64,000 bases of DNA, taken from an uncultured archaeon. Its GTDB lineage: Archaea; Aenigmatarchaeota; Aenigmatarchaeia; CG10238-14; SCSR01. Positions 1-8,841 of the stretch are shown here, piece by piece; within the stretch, counting starts at the first letter, position 1; every line of letters starts with the position of its first letter. The notes below the pieces were generated by a model. That model worked only from the letters and a program-made list of their open reading frames with translations. It ran no database searches and had not been told where the DNA came from. The stretch lies in the NCBI GenBank assembly GCA_964537835.1, contig CAZICS010000002.1:10356-74355 (forward strand). Direction: 5' to 3'. The position numbers and the translations under genes are program-made.

Positions 1-138
1 GCGAATGAACTTAAAGAGTTTACCCAAAGAATAGCTCCTTGCCATTGTACGGGAGAAAAAGCTGTAGAAAAGTTTAAGGAGATTTTTGCATCAAATTTCA
101 TTCAGGCTAGGGCTGGAGAAATAATCGAGGTCCCTTGA
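1..138 (+). CDS. 3' end of a CDS truncated by the window edge; C-terminal PCHCTG motif reminiscent of COG1237-type metallo-beta-lactamase-fold proteins
   Basis: Frame 1 is open from base 1 to TGA at 136-138 (ANELKEFTQRIAPCHCTGEKAVEKF...IIEVP*). The stop overlaps the next ATG (TGATG). Confidence 0.3.
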   Translation, partial: ANELKEFTQRIAPCHCTGEKAVEKFKEIFASNFIQARAGEIIEVP

Positions 139-707
139 TGAAAGAGAAATTGCTGGAATTGAAAGCTGAAGCTGAAAAATGTAAAGAATGCGAGCTCTGG
201 AAAAATAGGAAGAAGTCTGTTTTTGACGAAGGGCCTTCTGATGCAAAAGTTATGCTTATTGGGTTGGCACCAGGCTATTGGGAAAATGAGAAAGGAAAAC
301 CTTTCGTTGGGGCAGCAGGAAAATTGTTGGATAAACTACTTTCTTTAGCTGGATTGAAAAGAGAGGAAGTTTATATTACGAATGTAGTTAAATGCTACTT
401 GCCAGAGAATAAAGTTACCCAAGAACAAGTCAGAATATGCACCTCTCTTTATCTAGACAAGCAAATCGAGCTAATCAAACCAAAAACTATTCTAACGCTA
501 GGAAACGTAGCAACCCAATACATTTTTAACAAGTTTAAGCTGGCTTTAGCACCCATGAGCCAAATTCATGGAAGAATATTTTTTGTTTCCAGTTTGTTTA
601 CAAGAATTAAAATAATTCCCATGTACCATCCGGCAGCAGCCCTAAGAAATCCTGGATTAAGAAATATAGTTGAAGAAGATTGGAAAAATTTGAAGGGAAG
701 ATTATGA
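138..707 (+). CDS. udg: Uracil-DNA glycosylase, family 4 (4Fe-4S type)
   Basis: Motifs GLAPGYWENEKGKPFVGAAGKLL and HPAAALRN match family-4 motifs A and B. Cys ligands are present (CKECE..., KCY..., ICT). ATG at 138 is preferred over TTG at 135. Confidence 0.85.
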   Translation: MKEKLLELKAEAEKCKECELWKNRKKSVFDEGPSDAKVMLIGLAPGYWENEKGKPFVGAAGKLLDKLLSLAGLKREEVYITNVVKCYLPENKVTQEQVRICTSLYLDKQIELIKPKTILTLGNVATQYIFNKFKLALAPMSQIHGRIFFVSSLFTRIKIIPMYHPAAALRNPGLRNIVEEDWKNLKGRL

Positions 708-1522
708 AGCTAATTGCTTCAACAGGAACGAAAGGAGGGGTAGGAAAATCAACTTTTGCCATACTTTTAGCCTTTAAACTTTTAAGAGAAGGAAAAAAAG
801 TTGTCCTGGCTGATTTGGATGTCGAATGCCCAAACGATTACCTTTTGTTGAATCAGGAATTGAAAAACCCAACCTATACTTTTATCGAATTTCCTGAGCT
901 AGATAGAGGAAAATGTAAGAAATGCGGAAAATGCTTTTCCGTTTGTAGGGAGCACGCAATCTTTTGGATTAAGGACAAGCATCCCATCTTCATTCGAAGC
1001 TTATGCTCAGGCTGTGGAGCCTGTTGGCTTGTTTGTCCTTTTAAGGCAATTAAGCCGAAAAAGGAGATTTCGGGAGAAGTTTTTGTTAATAAGGTAAGAG
1101 AAAACTTTTGGCTGATTACTGGTAAATCTAAAGCTGGGATTTCTGAAACGGGGCCAATAGTCAGGGAAGTAAAAGAAAAGGCAATAGAGTTTGCAAGGAG
1201 GAAGCATGCAGATTATTTAATCATCGATACTTCTCCAGGAACTCACTGCAACGTCATTCAAGCTTTGCTGAATTGCGATAAGGCTTACGCCGTTACTGAA
1301 CCAACTCCCTTGGGTGCGTACGATTTGAATTTAATCCTTGAGTTGCTAAAAAGAATTGGGGTAAAAGCTGAGATAGTGTTGAATAAAGCAAACGTTGGAA
1401 ATAGGGAGGAAATAGAAAGTATTGCCGAAAAGTTTGGAGTAAAAATTTCTTTCGAGATACCTTATTCAGAAGAGCTGCTTAAAGCTTATTGCGAGAAAAA
1501 TTTGGAAAAGGTCAAACTATGA
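704..1522 (+). CDS. MinD/ParA-superfamily P-loop ATPase with inserted 2x[4Fe-4S] ferredoxin domain (COG1149-like)
   Basis: Deviant Walker A GTKGGVGKST. Ferredoxin motifs CKKCGKCFSVC and CSGCGACWLVCP. ATG 704 forms an ATGA overlap with the udg stop; the ORF track start at 680 is a TTG. Confidence 0.8.
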   Translation: MKLIASTGTKGGVGKSTFAILLAFKLLREGKKVVLADLDVECPNDYLLLNQELKNPTYTFIEFPELDRGKCKKCGKCFSVCREHAIFWIKDKHPIFIRSLCSGCGACWLVCPFKAIKPKKEISGEVFVNKVRENFWLITGKSKAGISETGPIVREVKEKAIEFARRKHADYLIIDTSPGTHCNVIQALLNCDKAYAVTEPTPLGAYDLNLILELLKRIGVKAEIVLNKANVGNREEIESIAEKFGVKISFEIPYSEELLKAYCEKNLEKVKL

Positions 1523-1923
1523 GGGGGTCTTACATTTTGATAATAAAAGTTAAGGAAGATTTGAATTTAAAAATCGGTAGACTAGGAAAGCTAAATTTCA
1601 AGAAAGGATTTTATTGTTATGTAGGCTCAGCTTTGGGAAAAGGCACTAACTTAGAAAATAGGCTGCGAAGGCATTTCAAGAAAAAGAAAAGAATCAGATG
1701 GCATATAGATTATTTGCTTTCCAATCCAAAAGTCTCTATAGAAGGTGCCTTGATATTTCCAAGCAGAATGAAAAAAGAATGCAAGATTTCGAGAATTGTA
1801 GAAAAGCAAGCTAATTTTACTGTTAAAAATTTTGGTTCAAGCGATTGCAAGTGCAAAGGCCATTTACACTGGTTTAAAAGAAAAGAAAAATTGATCAAGG
1901 CGCTTGAAGATATAAATATTTAA
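1519..1923 (+). CDS. DUF123 / GIY-YIG (Uri) superfamily endonuclease-like protein
   Basis: GSYILII...IGRLGKLNFKKGFYCYVGSA...RLRRH...RWHIDYLL is the typical DUF123 signature. ATG 1519 forms an ATGA overlap with the upstream stop. Confidence 0.7.
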   Translation: MRGSYILIIKVKEDLNLKIGRLGKLNFKKGFYCYVGSALGKGTNLENRLRRHFKKKKRIRWHIDYLLSNPKVSIEGALIFPSRMKKECKISRIVEKQANFTVKNFGSSDCKCKGHLHWFKRKEKLIKALEDINI

Positions 1924-1942
1924 AATAATTTCGGATGATGAA

Positions 1943-2692
1943 ATGACAAAAAAGTATGGAAGGATAGAAAATAAGAAGTTACTCCAAGAATATATAGATG
2001 GTCTTTTATTAGGAGATGGAAGTATCCCCGTAGATAAAAGAAAGGGTCGTCTACCTTGGTTTAGCCAAACTATCAAGTTATCTTGTGTCGAATGGGCACA
2101 AAAAATTAAGAAGGATATAAATAAATTTGGCCTCAAATGCTTTATTTACGGACCTTATAATAGGTCTGAAGTAACCGTTAGAGTGGAAACTCACCCATTT
2201 TTCCTAAAAATGCGAGAACGCTGGTATTCTGATAAGAAAAAAATAGTGCCCAAAGATTTAATTATAACCCCAATTATTCTGGGTAACTGGTATTTGAGTG
2301 ATGGTAAATTAGATAAAGATGGTATGATTATACTCTTTACAGAAACCTTTACGTTTAGAGAAGTCGAAATGCTTTCGACTCTATTGAATGAATTTGTTGG
2401 AATAGAATCCTATGTCAAGAAAAATGAAAAAGGGAATCCAATAATAAAGATTAGAGCAAAGGAGGTCCCGATTTTCCTATCTTTTATCCCTAAGGAATTT
2501 CGATTAAGATGCTTTCTGTATAAGTTTAATGTTAAATCTGATCATCGAAGGATGAAATGGCTTCCTTCGGAAGACACATTTCTAAAGGAAGTTTATGGTA
2601 AAGTTCCAGCTCATATTATAGCAGATAAGTTAAGAAGGTCCATAAGCTCTATTTACCATCGAGCAAATAGATTAGGATTAAAAAGGAGGTGA
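1943..2692 (+). CDS. Free-standing LAGLIDADG-family homing-endonuclease-like protein with C-terminal HTH tail
   Basis: Two LAGLIDADG-type motifs (IDGLLLGDGSI and ILGNWYLSDGKL) about 95 aa apart. The basic C-terminal helix-turn-helix-like tail is ...IIADKLRRSISSIYHRANRLGLKRR. Confidence 0.7.
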   Translation: MTKKYGRIENKKLLQEYIDGLLLGDGSIPVDKRKGRLPWFSQTIKLSCVEWAQKIKKDINKFGLKCFIYGPYNRSEVTVRVETHPFFLKMRERWYSDKKKIVPKDLIITPIILGNWYLSDGKLDKDGMIILFTETFTFREVEMLSTLLNEFVGIESYVKKNEKGNPIIKIRAKEVPIFLSFIPKEFRLRCFLYKFNVKSDHRRMKWLPSEDTFLKEVYGKVPAHIIADKLRRSISSIYHRANRLGLKRR

Positions 2693-2696
2693 TCTT

Positions 2697-3561
2697 ATAA
2701 AAATAGTCGTAGCCTCTGGAAAGGCCTAAAAGCCCCAGAGAAGGCGGAGTAGGAAAATCGATGCTAGCCTCTTCTCTAGCCATTCTTTTCAGCAAAACTA
2801 AAAAAGTTGTTGCATGCGATTGCGACGTAGATGCTCCTAATCTTGGATTATGGTTAGGAGTAAAAGCTTATGAAAAGGTTGAAAAAATATCCACTTCTGA
2901 AAAAGCAAGGATAATTGACCAAAAAGCTTGCGATGAAAAAATTTTAGAGATTTGTAGGTTTCGTGCAATAGAGAAAAGGGATGGAGAATACTTTATCAAT
3001 CCGTTCTTATGCGAGGGATGCGGTGTTTGCAAAATATTTTACCCAAAGGCAGTAGAAATTGAGCCAGTAGAAAATGCTGAAATAAGGGTTGCAAAAACTC
3101 GATTCGGCTTTCCATTAATTTCTGCTCAGCTTTACCCAGGAGAAACTGGTTCAGGAAAAATAGTTCAAGCTTTAAGGAAAAGAGCAGAAGAGTTTGAGCA
3201 CGAATTAATGATCTTGGATGCAGCAGCAGGAATTGGTTGTCCAGTGATTGCTAGCTTGGTCGATTGTGATTATGCAATCTTAGTTGCCGAACCCACACCT
3301 TCTGGATTTTCTGACCTAAAAAGAGTTTTGGAAATAGTTAACCACTTCAAGTTACCCTATGGCATTGTAATAAACAAATGGGATATAAATCCCGAGCTCT
3401 CTAATAAAATTGAAGAATGGGCAAAGGAAAAGCTTCTGGGGAAAATTTCTTACGATAGAAAAGTTATAGATTGCATAGTCAATTTAAAGTCAGTAGTAGA
3501 GGTTGAATCGAAAGCTAAATCAGAGATAGAAAAGATATTTGAAAAATTAGCTTTTTCTTGA
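2697..3561 (+). pseudogene. Second MinD-ferredoxin ATPase paralog with a disrupted 5' end (start codon ATA, Walker A split by a 19-nt stop-containing insert); the 266-codon remainder (2761..3561) is intact
   Basis: Frame 0 reads I-K-I-V-V-A-S-G-K-A-stop (2697-2729). Frame 1 then reads ...GGVGKS-MLASS... into the 2761..3561 ORF. That ORF carries the ferredoxin motif CEGCGVCKIFYP and the MinD-like segment DAAAGIGCPV. Confidence 0.55.
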
Positions 3562-4353
3562 GAGCAAATAGATGATTAAAAAGAGTAAAGGAATTTCTAT
3601 AATCCCTAAGTTAAGGAAGTTTAATTCAAAAATTCCTAAGGGTATGGAGAAAATATTTTCAGCTTCCCAAGCAAGATAAATTCCTATTCCAACCATTATC
3701 AATCCTGCAATCAAGTGCAAGTATTTAATGTTCCTTTCTTTCCATTCAGAAACGTTTTCGACTAAGAGCAAACCTCCATAAATCCCAAAAGTAATTGCTA
3801 GCATCGGAGAAACGAATATCATGTTATACAGAAGCAGCCAGGGTAAGGCATTGAGTACTCCTAATTTCATGAGTAAAACGCAAGCTGTTACTAAGGGTCC
3901 CATCGTGCATGGAAGAAGGAAAAGAGTTACGAAAACTCCAACGCCAAAAGCTCCTTTGACGCTTGCCACTCCGCTTAAAATCTTCTTAACTTTTGGTCGC
4001 CACGACATCGGCATTTCTCTTAGGAGCCCACCCGGTTTGTACCAAATAAAATCTTTGATGTTAAAGCAACCCAAAGCTATGGCAAAAAGGCTAAATCCTC
4101 CGTAGACCCATCCTTCTATTCCGCCAAAAATTTCTGTGCTTGCATGCAAAACGTAGATTAAAACTATAGCATAGAGAAGGTAGATTATGTAGACAGCAAG
4201 CGTAAAAGAAAGTCCTGCAAGGAGTGCTTTAATTTTTTCCTTAGGATTGTGAGTTAAGAATGCAATAAGCATAAGCGTTAGAACTGCGAGCGCACAGGGG
4301 TTTATCGCATCTACCGCTGCTAGCGAAACGATGGCTGGAATTGTTAGCTCCAT
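3547..4353 (-). CDS. ccdA: CcdA/DsbD-family transmembrane thiol-disulfide electron transporter
   Basis: Polytopic membrane protein with the hallmark AINPCALAVL in TM1 and a second Cys in LLPCTMGPL. Confidence 0.75.
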   Translation of the reverse strand: MELTIPAIVSLAAVDAINPCALAVLTLMLIAFLTHNPKEKIKALLAGLSFTLAVYIIYLLYAIVLIYVLHASTEIFGGIEGWVYGGFSLFAIALGCFNIKDFIWYKPGGLLREMPMSWRPKVKKILSGVASVKGAFGVGVFVTLFLLPCTMGPLVTACVLLMKLGVLNALPWLLLYNMIFVSPMLAITFGIYGGLLLVENVSEWKERNIKYLHLIAGLIMVGIGIYLAWEAENIFSIPLGIFELNFLNLGIIEIPLLFLIIYLLSRKS

Positions 4354-5168
4354 TTAATTCTCACCTTTACTTTAAAAGCAAATAATAATAGGCAAATAAT
4401 TACTAGGCCTATCCCTAAGGATGCATATAAAATTAAATTTTGGTTGGAAGGAGCAGTTTGAGAAGCAAGATTACCTGTTATGTTTTCTTCGTTGAATTCT
4501 TCAAGAGGAAATCCTGTAATATTTTCATTACATTTCAGGATCCAGCTATCCTCTATCTTAAAGGCTTTTTTGAATTCTATTTGACCATAGGAGATTGGAG
4601 CAGGCTTAGCTGGAATTTCAACTATCCTATAATTAGAGTTCTTAAGCACTTTTTCTAGATTTTCTGCAAACAAGACTTCTCTAAGAAATTCACTCGAGAC
4701 ATTTCCTCTTTTTAGCCTTACTAGAAGTCTTCCGTTTGCCCAAATTTTTGGTTTGACGGGCAATTCATTAAAATCTAATTCTTCAAATGAAACGGTTTTA
4801 TCTAAAAGCCTGCATTTTTTATCCAAGCTTGAAAGCTTATTTTCTACGTCAAAAACCGATGGAAGACCTAAGGCATGCTCCTTCTCGAATATCAAGAGAG
4901 GGACAGCAGGGCTTATACCGAATTTTAATGCGTACTCCCCTAGCAGTATTGCATTGTCATCGTTCCATCCCTTAAAGACATACTCTATCAAAACCAAATC
5001 CTTATGTTTCTCTGGCCATTCTCCTAGTATTACAGGGTCTGTTTTAGCGCATACTGGGCACCCTATTTTTGTGAAATAAATAGAGCATATTCTTTCTTGA
5101 GCAAAAGCCCTAGGTAAGCTTAAATTTAGGAGGATTAATGCAATAACTATGCTCAATATTTTTCTCAT
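4344..5168 (-). CDS. Secreted, C-terminally membrane-anchored thioredoxin-like CxxC protein
   Basis: N-terminal signal peptide (MRKILSIVIALILLNLSLPRAFA), CPVC motif (KIGCPVCAKTDP) and a C-terminal TM helix. It overlaps ccdA by 10 nt. Confidence 0.55.
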   Translation of the reverse strand: MRKILSIVIALILLNLSLPRAFAQERICSIYFTKIGCPVCAKTDPVILGEWPEKHKDLVLIEYVFKGWNDDNAILLGEYALKFGISPAVPLLIFEKEHALGLPSVFDVENKLSSLDKKCRLLDKTVSFEELDFNELPVKPKIWANGRLLVRLKRGNVSSEFLREVLFAENLEKVLKNSNYRIVEIPAKPAPISYGQIEFKKAFKIEDSWILKCNENITGFPLEEFNEENITGNLASQTAPSNQNLILYASLGIGLVIICLLLFAFKVKVRIKWS

Positions 5169-5641
5169 AACCCTATCACTATAAATAATTTAAATAATAT
5201 ATAAGAAAATAAAATTCCTACTAAAAAGCTTAAAAAGATTTTAAGCTGTGGCATATAGTGCAGGCATTTGCAGTTAAAAGTTTGATAGAAAGGCATGGTT
5301 TTTTCCAGTTCTTTTCTCCACCCTCTCACCAAATCGAGCAAATCTCTTTTTGTATATCCATACCTTTTTTCCACCTTATCCAAAAAATTTCCAATCCTTT
5401 CGTTCAGCCCTTCAAATATTTTAACATTCTCTGGCTCTATTTCCAAAGCATGAGCAATAGCTTCTTCAACTTCCCCTTTTACAAGCATTAAATGCTTGAG
5501 AATGCATGCACCTTCTCCTTTAGTAAAGTTTAAAGTGTTTATATTTTTTATGTGCTGTTCTGCTTGAAGCAAATTGACTAGACAATTTCTTTTATTGTAA
5601 GATAAAAATTTCTTATCCATGCTTTTAATTTTTTTCTTCAT
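5165..5641 (-). CDS. Hypothetical protein with C-terminal TM anchor
   Basis: ORF with a 4-nt overlap to the downstream gene. ATG at 5641 overlaps the TGA of an upstream mini-ORF (TGATG). No recognisable motif. Confidence 0.5.
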   Translation of the reverse strand: MKKKIKSMDKKFLSYNKRNCLVNLLQAEQHIKNINTLNFTKGEGACILKHLMLVKGEVEEAIAHALEIEPENVKIFEGLNERIGNFLDKVEKRYGYTKRDLLDLVRGWRKELEKTMPFYQTFNCKCLHYMPQLKIFLSFLVGILFSYILFKLFIVIGL

Positions 5642-5778
5642 CAGCTGCAACACCTGAATTTCTCTAAAATTTTTTCAACACCCTCTTTAAACCTTCCTCT
5701 TTCCGAACATTTCTTTCCCAAGATTAAAGCTAAGACTAAAACTATGAATGCTGTTAGGACTAAGAGACTTTCATTCAT
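5641..5778 (-). CDS. Small membrane protein (45 aa), below the ORF-track cutoff
   Basis: Hand translation gives MNESLLVLTAFIVLVLALILGKKCSERGRFKEGVEKILEKFRCCS*. It has one TM helix, and its stop is coupled (TGATG) to the next gene. Confidence 0.4.
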   Translation of the reverse strand: MNESLLVLTAFIVLVLALILGKKCSERGRFKEGVEKILEKFRCCS

Positions 5779-5831
5779 ATTAAAAAACATGGATGAAACC
5801 ATATTTAAATCTAAGTTTCAGTTTTTGAAAC

Positions 5832-6305
5832 CTACTTACACAATACTTCATTAAACTTTTCGCTCAGTTTAATCCAATTAGTCTTACCATAAGCCTCCTT
5901 TTCAACGATACCCCTTCTTCTCAGATTTTCTACTATCCTGAAGCTCTTTACTTTTCCGAATTTTGAGGATAGTTTACTCTGAAGAATTTTTCCTTTATTT
6001 CTTATTAACTCCCTGATAACCTCTTTTTCCTCTTCCCTGAGTAGCTCGAGCAAGACTTCCAAATCCTTCCTCAACCGTTCTTTACTTTCCTCGATTCTAG
6101 GAAACATTAAATAATAGACTATCAGGCCAACAAAAATTCCTAAAGAGGAAAATGTGGGGATTAGCAATGGAATTGGTAGAGTGCAAGTACAGGCTGTTCC
6201 TTCGTATATATGAACTTGAACGTAGAGCGTGCTGAATGAGACAGTAAATACGAACCCAGCCAGGATTATGGCTATTATCACTACCTTTTTAGCAACTTGC
6301 ATCAA
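5832..6305 (-). CDS. Membrane-anchored winged-helix (MarR/COG2512-like) putative regulator
   Basis: Two N-terminal TM helices are followed by a wHTH-like segment EKEVIRELIRNKGKILQSKLSSKFGKVKSFRIVENLRRRGIVEKE. Confidence 0.5.
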   Translation of the reverse strand: MMQVAKKVVIIAIILAGFVFTVSFSTLYVQVHIYEGTACTCTLPIPLLIPTFSSLGIFVGLIVYYLMFPRIEESKERLRKDLEVLLELLREEEKEVIRELIRNKGKILQSKLSSKFGKVKSFRIVENLRRRGIVEKEAYGKTNWIKLSEKFNEVLCK

Positions 6306-6362
6306 AAAAATAATTAGTTAAATATTTATTTTAATGCTAATAACTTAATATCTTGTGAGATT

Positions 6363-7343
6363 ATGGAGGTATATGATGTTATAATTGTTGGCGGGTCTTC
6401 GGCAGGATTACCTGCAGCCATTTATTCATGCAGGAGAGGGATGAAAACTTTAGTTATTACGAAAGAAGTTGGCGGGCAAGCTTCTGAAGCCCCCAATATC
6501 GAAAACTATCCTGGTTTTCTCTCTATTTCTGGCTCAGAGCTTGTTAAAAGGTTTCAGGAGCAAGCCTTAAAGGCTGGTGCTCAAATAGTTTTCGACGAGG
6601 TTGTCGAGGTTGATGAAAGAATAGTTGATGAAAAAAGAGAGTTTAGAGTTAGGACTTTAAGCCAAAGAGAATATGCATGCAAAGCCTTAATCCTGGCTTT
6701 CGGAAAAACTCCTAGAAAGTTGAATGCGATGAATGAGGATAAGTTTTTGGGGAAGGGCGTAAGCTATTGTGCTACTTGCGACGGACCGCTTTTTAAAGAT
6801 AAAGTAGTTGGTGTTGTGGGCGGCGGCAATTCAGCCTTTGACGCGGCTTTATACCTAAGCTCCATTGTCAAAAAAGTTTATTTAATCCATAGGAGAGAGG
6901 GATTTAGGGCTTTTGAAAAGACCGTTGAGGAAGCTAAGAAAAGAGAGAATATAGAGTTTTTGCTGAATTACGTAGTTAAAGAAATCAGAGGAGATGAGTT
7001 CTTAAAATCAGTAATCTTAGAAAATACAAAGACTAACAAGACAAAGGAGTTAGAATTAGATGGTCTATTCATAGAAATTGGTTCTGAGCTCAAAACAGAT
7101 TGGGTTAAACATTTGGTTAAGGTTGATGAGATGAACCAGATAGTCGTTAATTTAAGATGTCAAACTTTTTATCCAAATAACGATGAAGTGAGGCCAGGAA
7201 TTTTTGCGGCAGGAGACGTTACTTCCATACCCTACAAGCAAATAGTAGTTTCAGCAGGAATGGGGGCGATAGCTGCTTTGGAAGCTTACAATTATTTGCA
7301 TGGTATAGAATCTAAAATTGTTGCAGACTGGAAGCATGGATGA
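6363..7343 (+). CDS. trxB: Thioredoxin-disulfide reductase
   Basis: FAD motif [10 protein letters not shown], redox-active CATC ([11 protein letters not shown]), NAD(P)H motif [14 protein letters not shown]...HRR, and C-terminal FAAGDV. Confidence 0.9.
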   Translation: MEVYDVIIVGGSSAGLPAAIYSCRRGMKTLVITKEVGGQASEAPNIENYPGFLSISGSELVKRFQEQALKAGAQIVFDEVVEVDERIVDEKREFRVRTLSQREYACKALILAFGKTPRKLNAMNEDKFLGKGVSYCATCDGPLFKDKVVGVVGGGNSAFDAALYLSSIVKKVYLIHRREGFRAFEKTVEEAKKRENIEFLLNYVVKEIRGDEFLKSVILENTKTNKTKELELDGLFIEIGSELKTDWVKHLVKVDEMNQIVVNLRCQTFYPNNDEVRPGIFAAGDVTSIPYKQIVVSAGMGAIAALEAYNYLHGIESKIVADWKHG

Positions 7344-7410
7344 TTTGGAAGAAAGATTAATTAAGTTGAAGAAAATGAGGAATTTGATGAAGAGGTTAAG
7401 GGGTGGTGGA

Positions 7411-7743
7411 ATGGAAATAGTAGAAGTTAACGATGAAAATTTTGAGAAAGAGGTGATTGAAAGGTCGAAAGAAATTCCTGTAGTAGTAGATTTTTGGGCA
7501 CCTTGGTGTATGCCATGCTTGATTCTTGCACCAATCCTCGAGAAGCTTGCAGAAGAATTCAAGGGAAAGTTCGTTCTAGCTAAAGCTAACGTAGATAAAA
7601 CTCCAAAGTTAGCTGAAAAATATGAGATAAGGGGTATACCGAACGTGAAGCTTTTTAAGAATGGGGAAATAGCAAGCGAGTTTGTCGGTGCTTTACCGGA
7701 GGCTGAAGTGAGAGAATGGTTGAACAAAAATTTGGGTGATTGA
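7411..7743 (+). CDS. trx: Thioredoxin
   Basis: [12 protein letters not shown] active site (WCxPC). ATG 7411 is preceded by the GGGGTGGTGG SD-like sequence. The ORF track extends to 7318. Confidence 0.85.
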   Translation: MEIVEVNDENFEKEVIERSKEIPVVVDFWAPWCMPCLILAPILEKLAEEFKGKFVLAKANVDKTPKLAEKYEIRGIPNVKLFKNGEIASEFVGALPEAEVREWLNKNLGD

Positions 7744-8841
7744 ATGATAAGCTACGACGATTTTGGGCCTGAGAAAATTTTGGAAATATACGACCCAAAA
7801 GTTAAGCTAAAAGCATTTCTAGTAATCGATAATACTGCTTTGGGTCCAGGAAAAGGTGGAATAAGAATGACGCCAAGCGTTACTAGGGAAGAAGTTTTTA
7901 GGCTAGCAAGGACGATGACATGGAAATGTGCACTAGCCGAACTGCCTTTTGGAGGAGCAAAATCTGGAATAATCGCTTCAAAAGAGGAAATCAAAAATAG
8001 GGAAAGGAAGAGAGAGCTTTTGATCGCTTTTGGCAAGGCTTTAAAAGGGATTGCTCCCGAAATGTACATTGCTGCACCAGACGTTAATACTGGGGAAGAG
8101 GAAATGAGATGGTTCGTTGAAGGAAATGGAAACCCAAAATCAACCACAGGAAAGCCAAGGGATTTGGGTGGCTTACCCCACGAACTAGGTTCTACCGGCT
8201 ATGGAGTTTTTCATTCGACCCTGGTTGCTCTAGAATTTTTGGGTTTAGATGTTAAGGATGTAAGTATAGCAATAGAAGGGTTTGGTAATGTAGGCTCTTT
8301 TACTGCAAAATTCTTAGCAGCTGAGGGAGCAAAAATCGTTGCGGTAAGCGATAGTAAGGGATGCATTTATGATAAAAATGGTTTAGATATAGAAAAGTTA
8401 ATTGAAATTAAAAATGAAACTGGTAAGGTAACGGAGTATAAGAATGGAGAAGTTTTACCGAATACAGCAATTTATGGGTTAGATGTTGATGTACTGATTC
8501 CAGCTGCCTTAGCTGATGTTATAAATGAGAGCAATGTAAACGAGGTTAAAGCTAAAGTAATAGTTGAAGGTGCAAACATTCCAATAACTTTGGATGCTGA
8601 AAAAAAACTGAATGAAAGGGGCGTTCTAATTGTTCCTGATTTTGTTGCGAACGCTGGCGGAGTAATCTCCAGCTATGCTGAATACATGGGTTATGATGAA
8701 AAGAAGGCTTTTGAACTGATAGAAGAGAAAATTAAAAGGAATACAAAGCTTGTTCTAGAAAGAGCTAAAGAGAAAAGAATTTCCCCAAGAGATGCTGCCT
8801 TAGAGATTGCTAAAGAAAGAGTAAAGAAGGCGATGGCTTGA
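7744..8841 (+). CDS. Glu/Leu/Phe/Val dehydrogenase family protein (short, 365 aa)
   Basis: GPGKGGIRM...PFGGAKSGI catalytic region and Rossmann motif IEGFGNVGS. Substrate is not assignable from sequence. Confidence 0.8.
   Translation: MISYDDFGPEKILEIYDPKVKLKAFLVIDNTALGPGKGGIRMTPSVTREEVFRLARTMTWKCALAELPFGGAKSGIIASKEEIKNRERKRELLIAFGKALKGIAPEMYIAAPDVNTGEEEMRWFVEGNGNPKSTTGKPRDLGGLPHELGSTGYGVFHSTLVALEFLGLDVKDVSIAIEGFGNVGSFTAKFLAAEGAKIVAVSDSKGCIYDKNGLDIEKLIEIKNETGKVTEYKNGEVLPNTAIYGLDVDVLIPAALADVINESNVNEVKAKVIVEGANIPITLDAEKKLNERGVLIVPDFVANAGGVISSYAEYMGYDEKKAFELIEEKIKRNTKLVLERAKEKRISPRDAALEIAKERVKKAMA

Noticed and set aside
2713-2745. Bulge-helix-bulge (archaeal splicing endonuclease) intron as the explanation for the 19-nt insert in the P-loop.
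   Set aside because: The local structure is a 6-bp stem, an AAA bulge on one side only, a 3-bp helix and a 6-nt loop. It lacks the canonical 3-nt/4-bp/3-nt BHB geometry. The gene also lacks an ATG start, so a pseudogene or an assembly error is more parsimonious.
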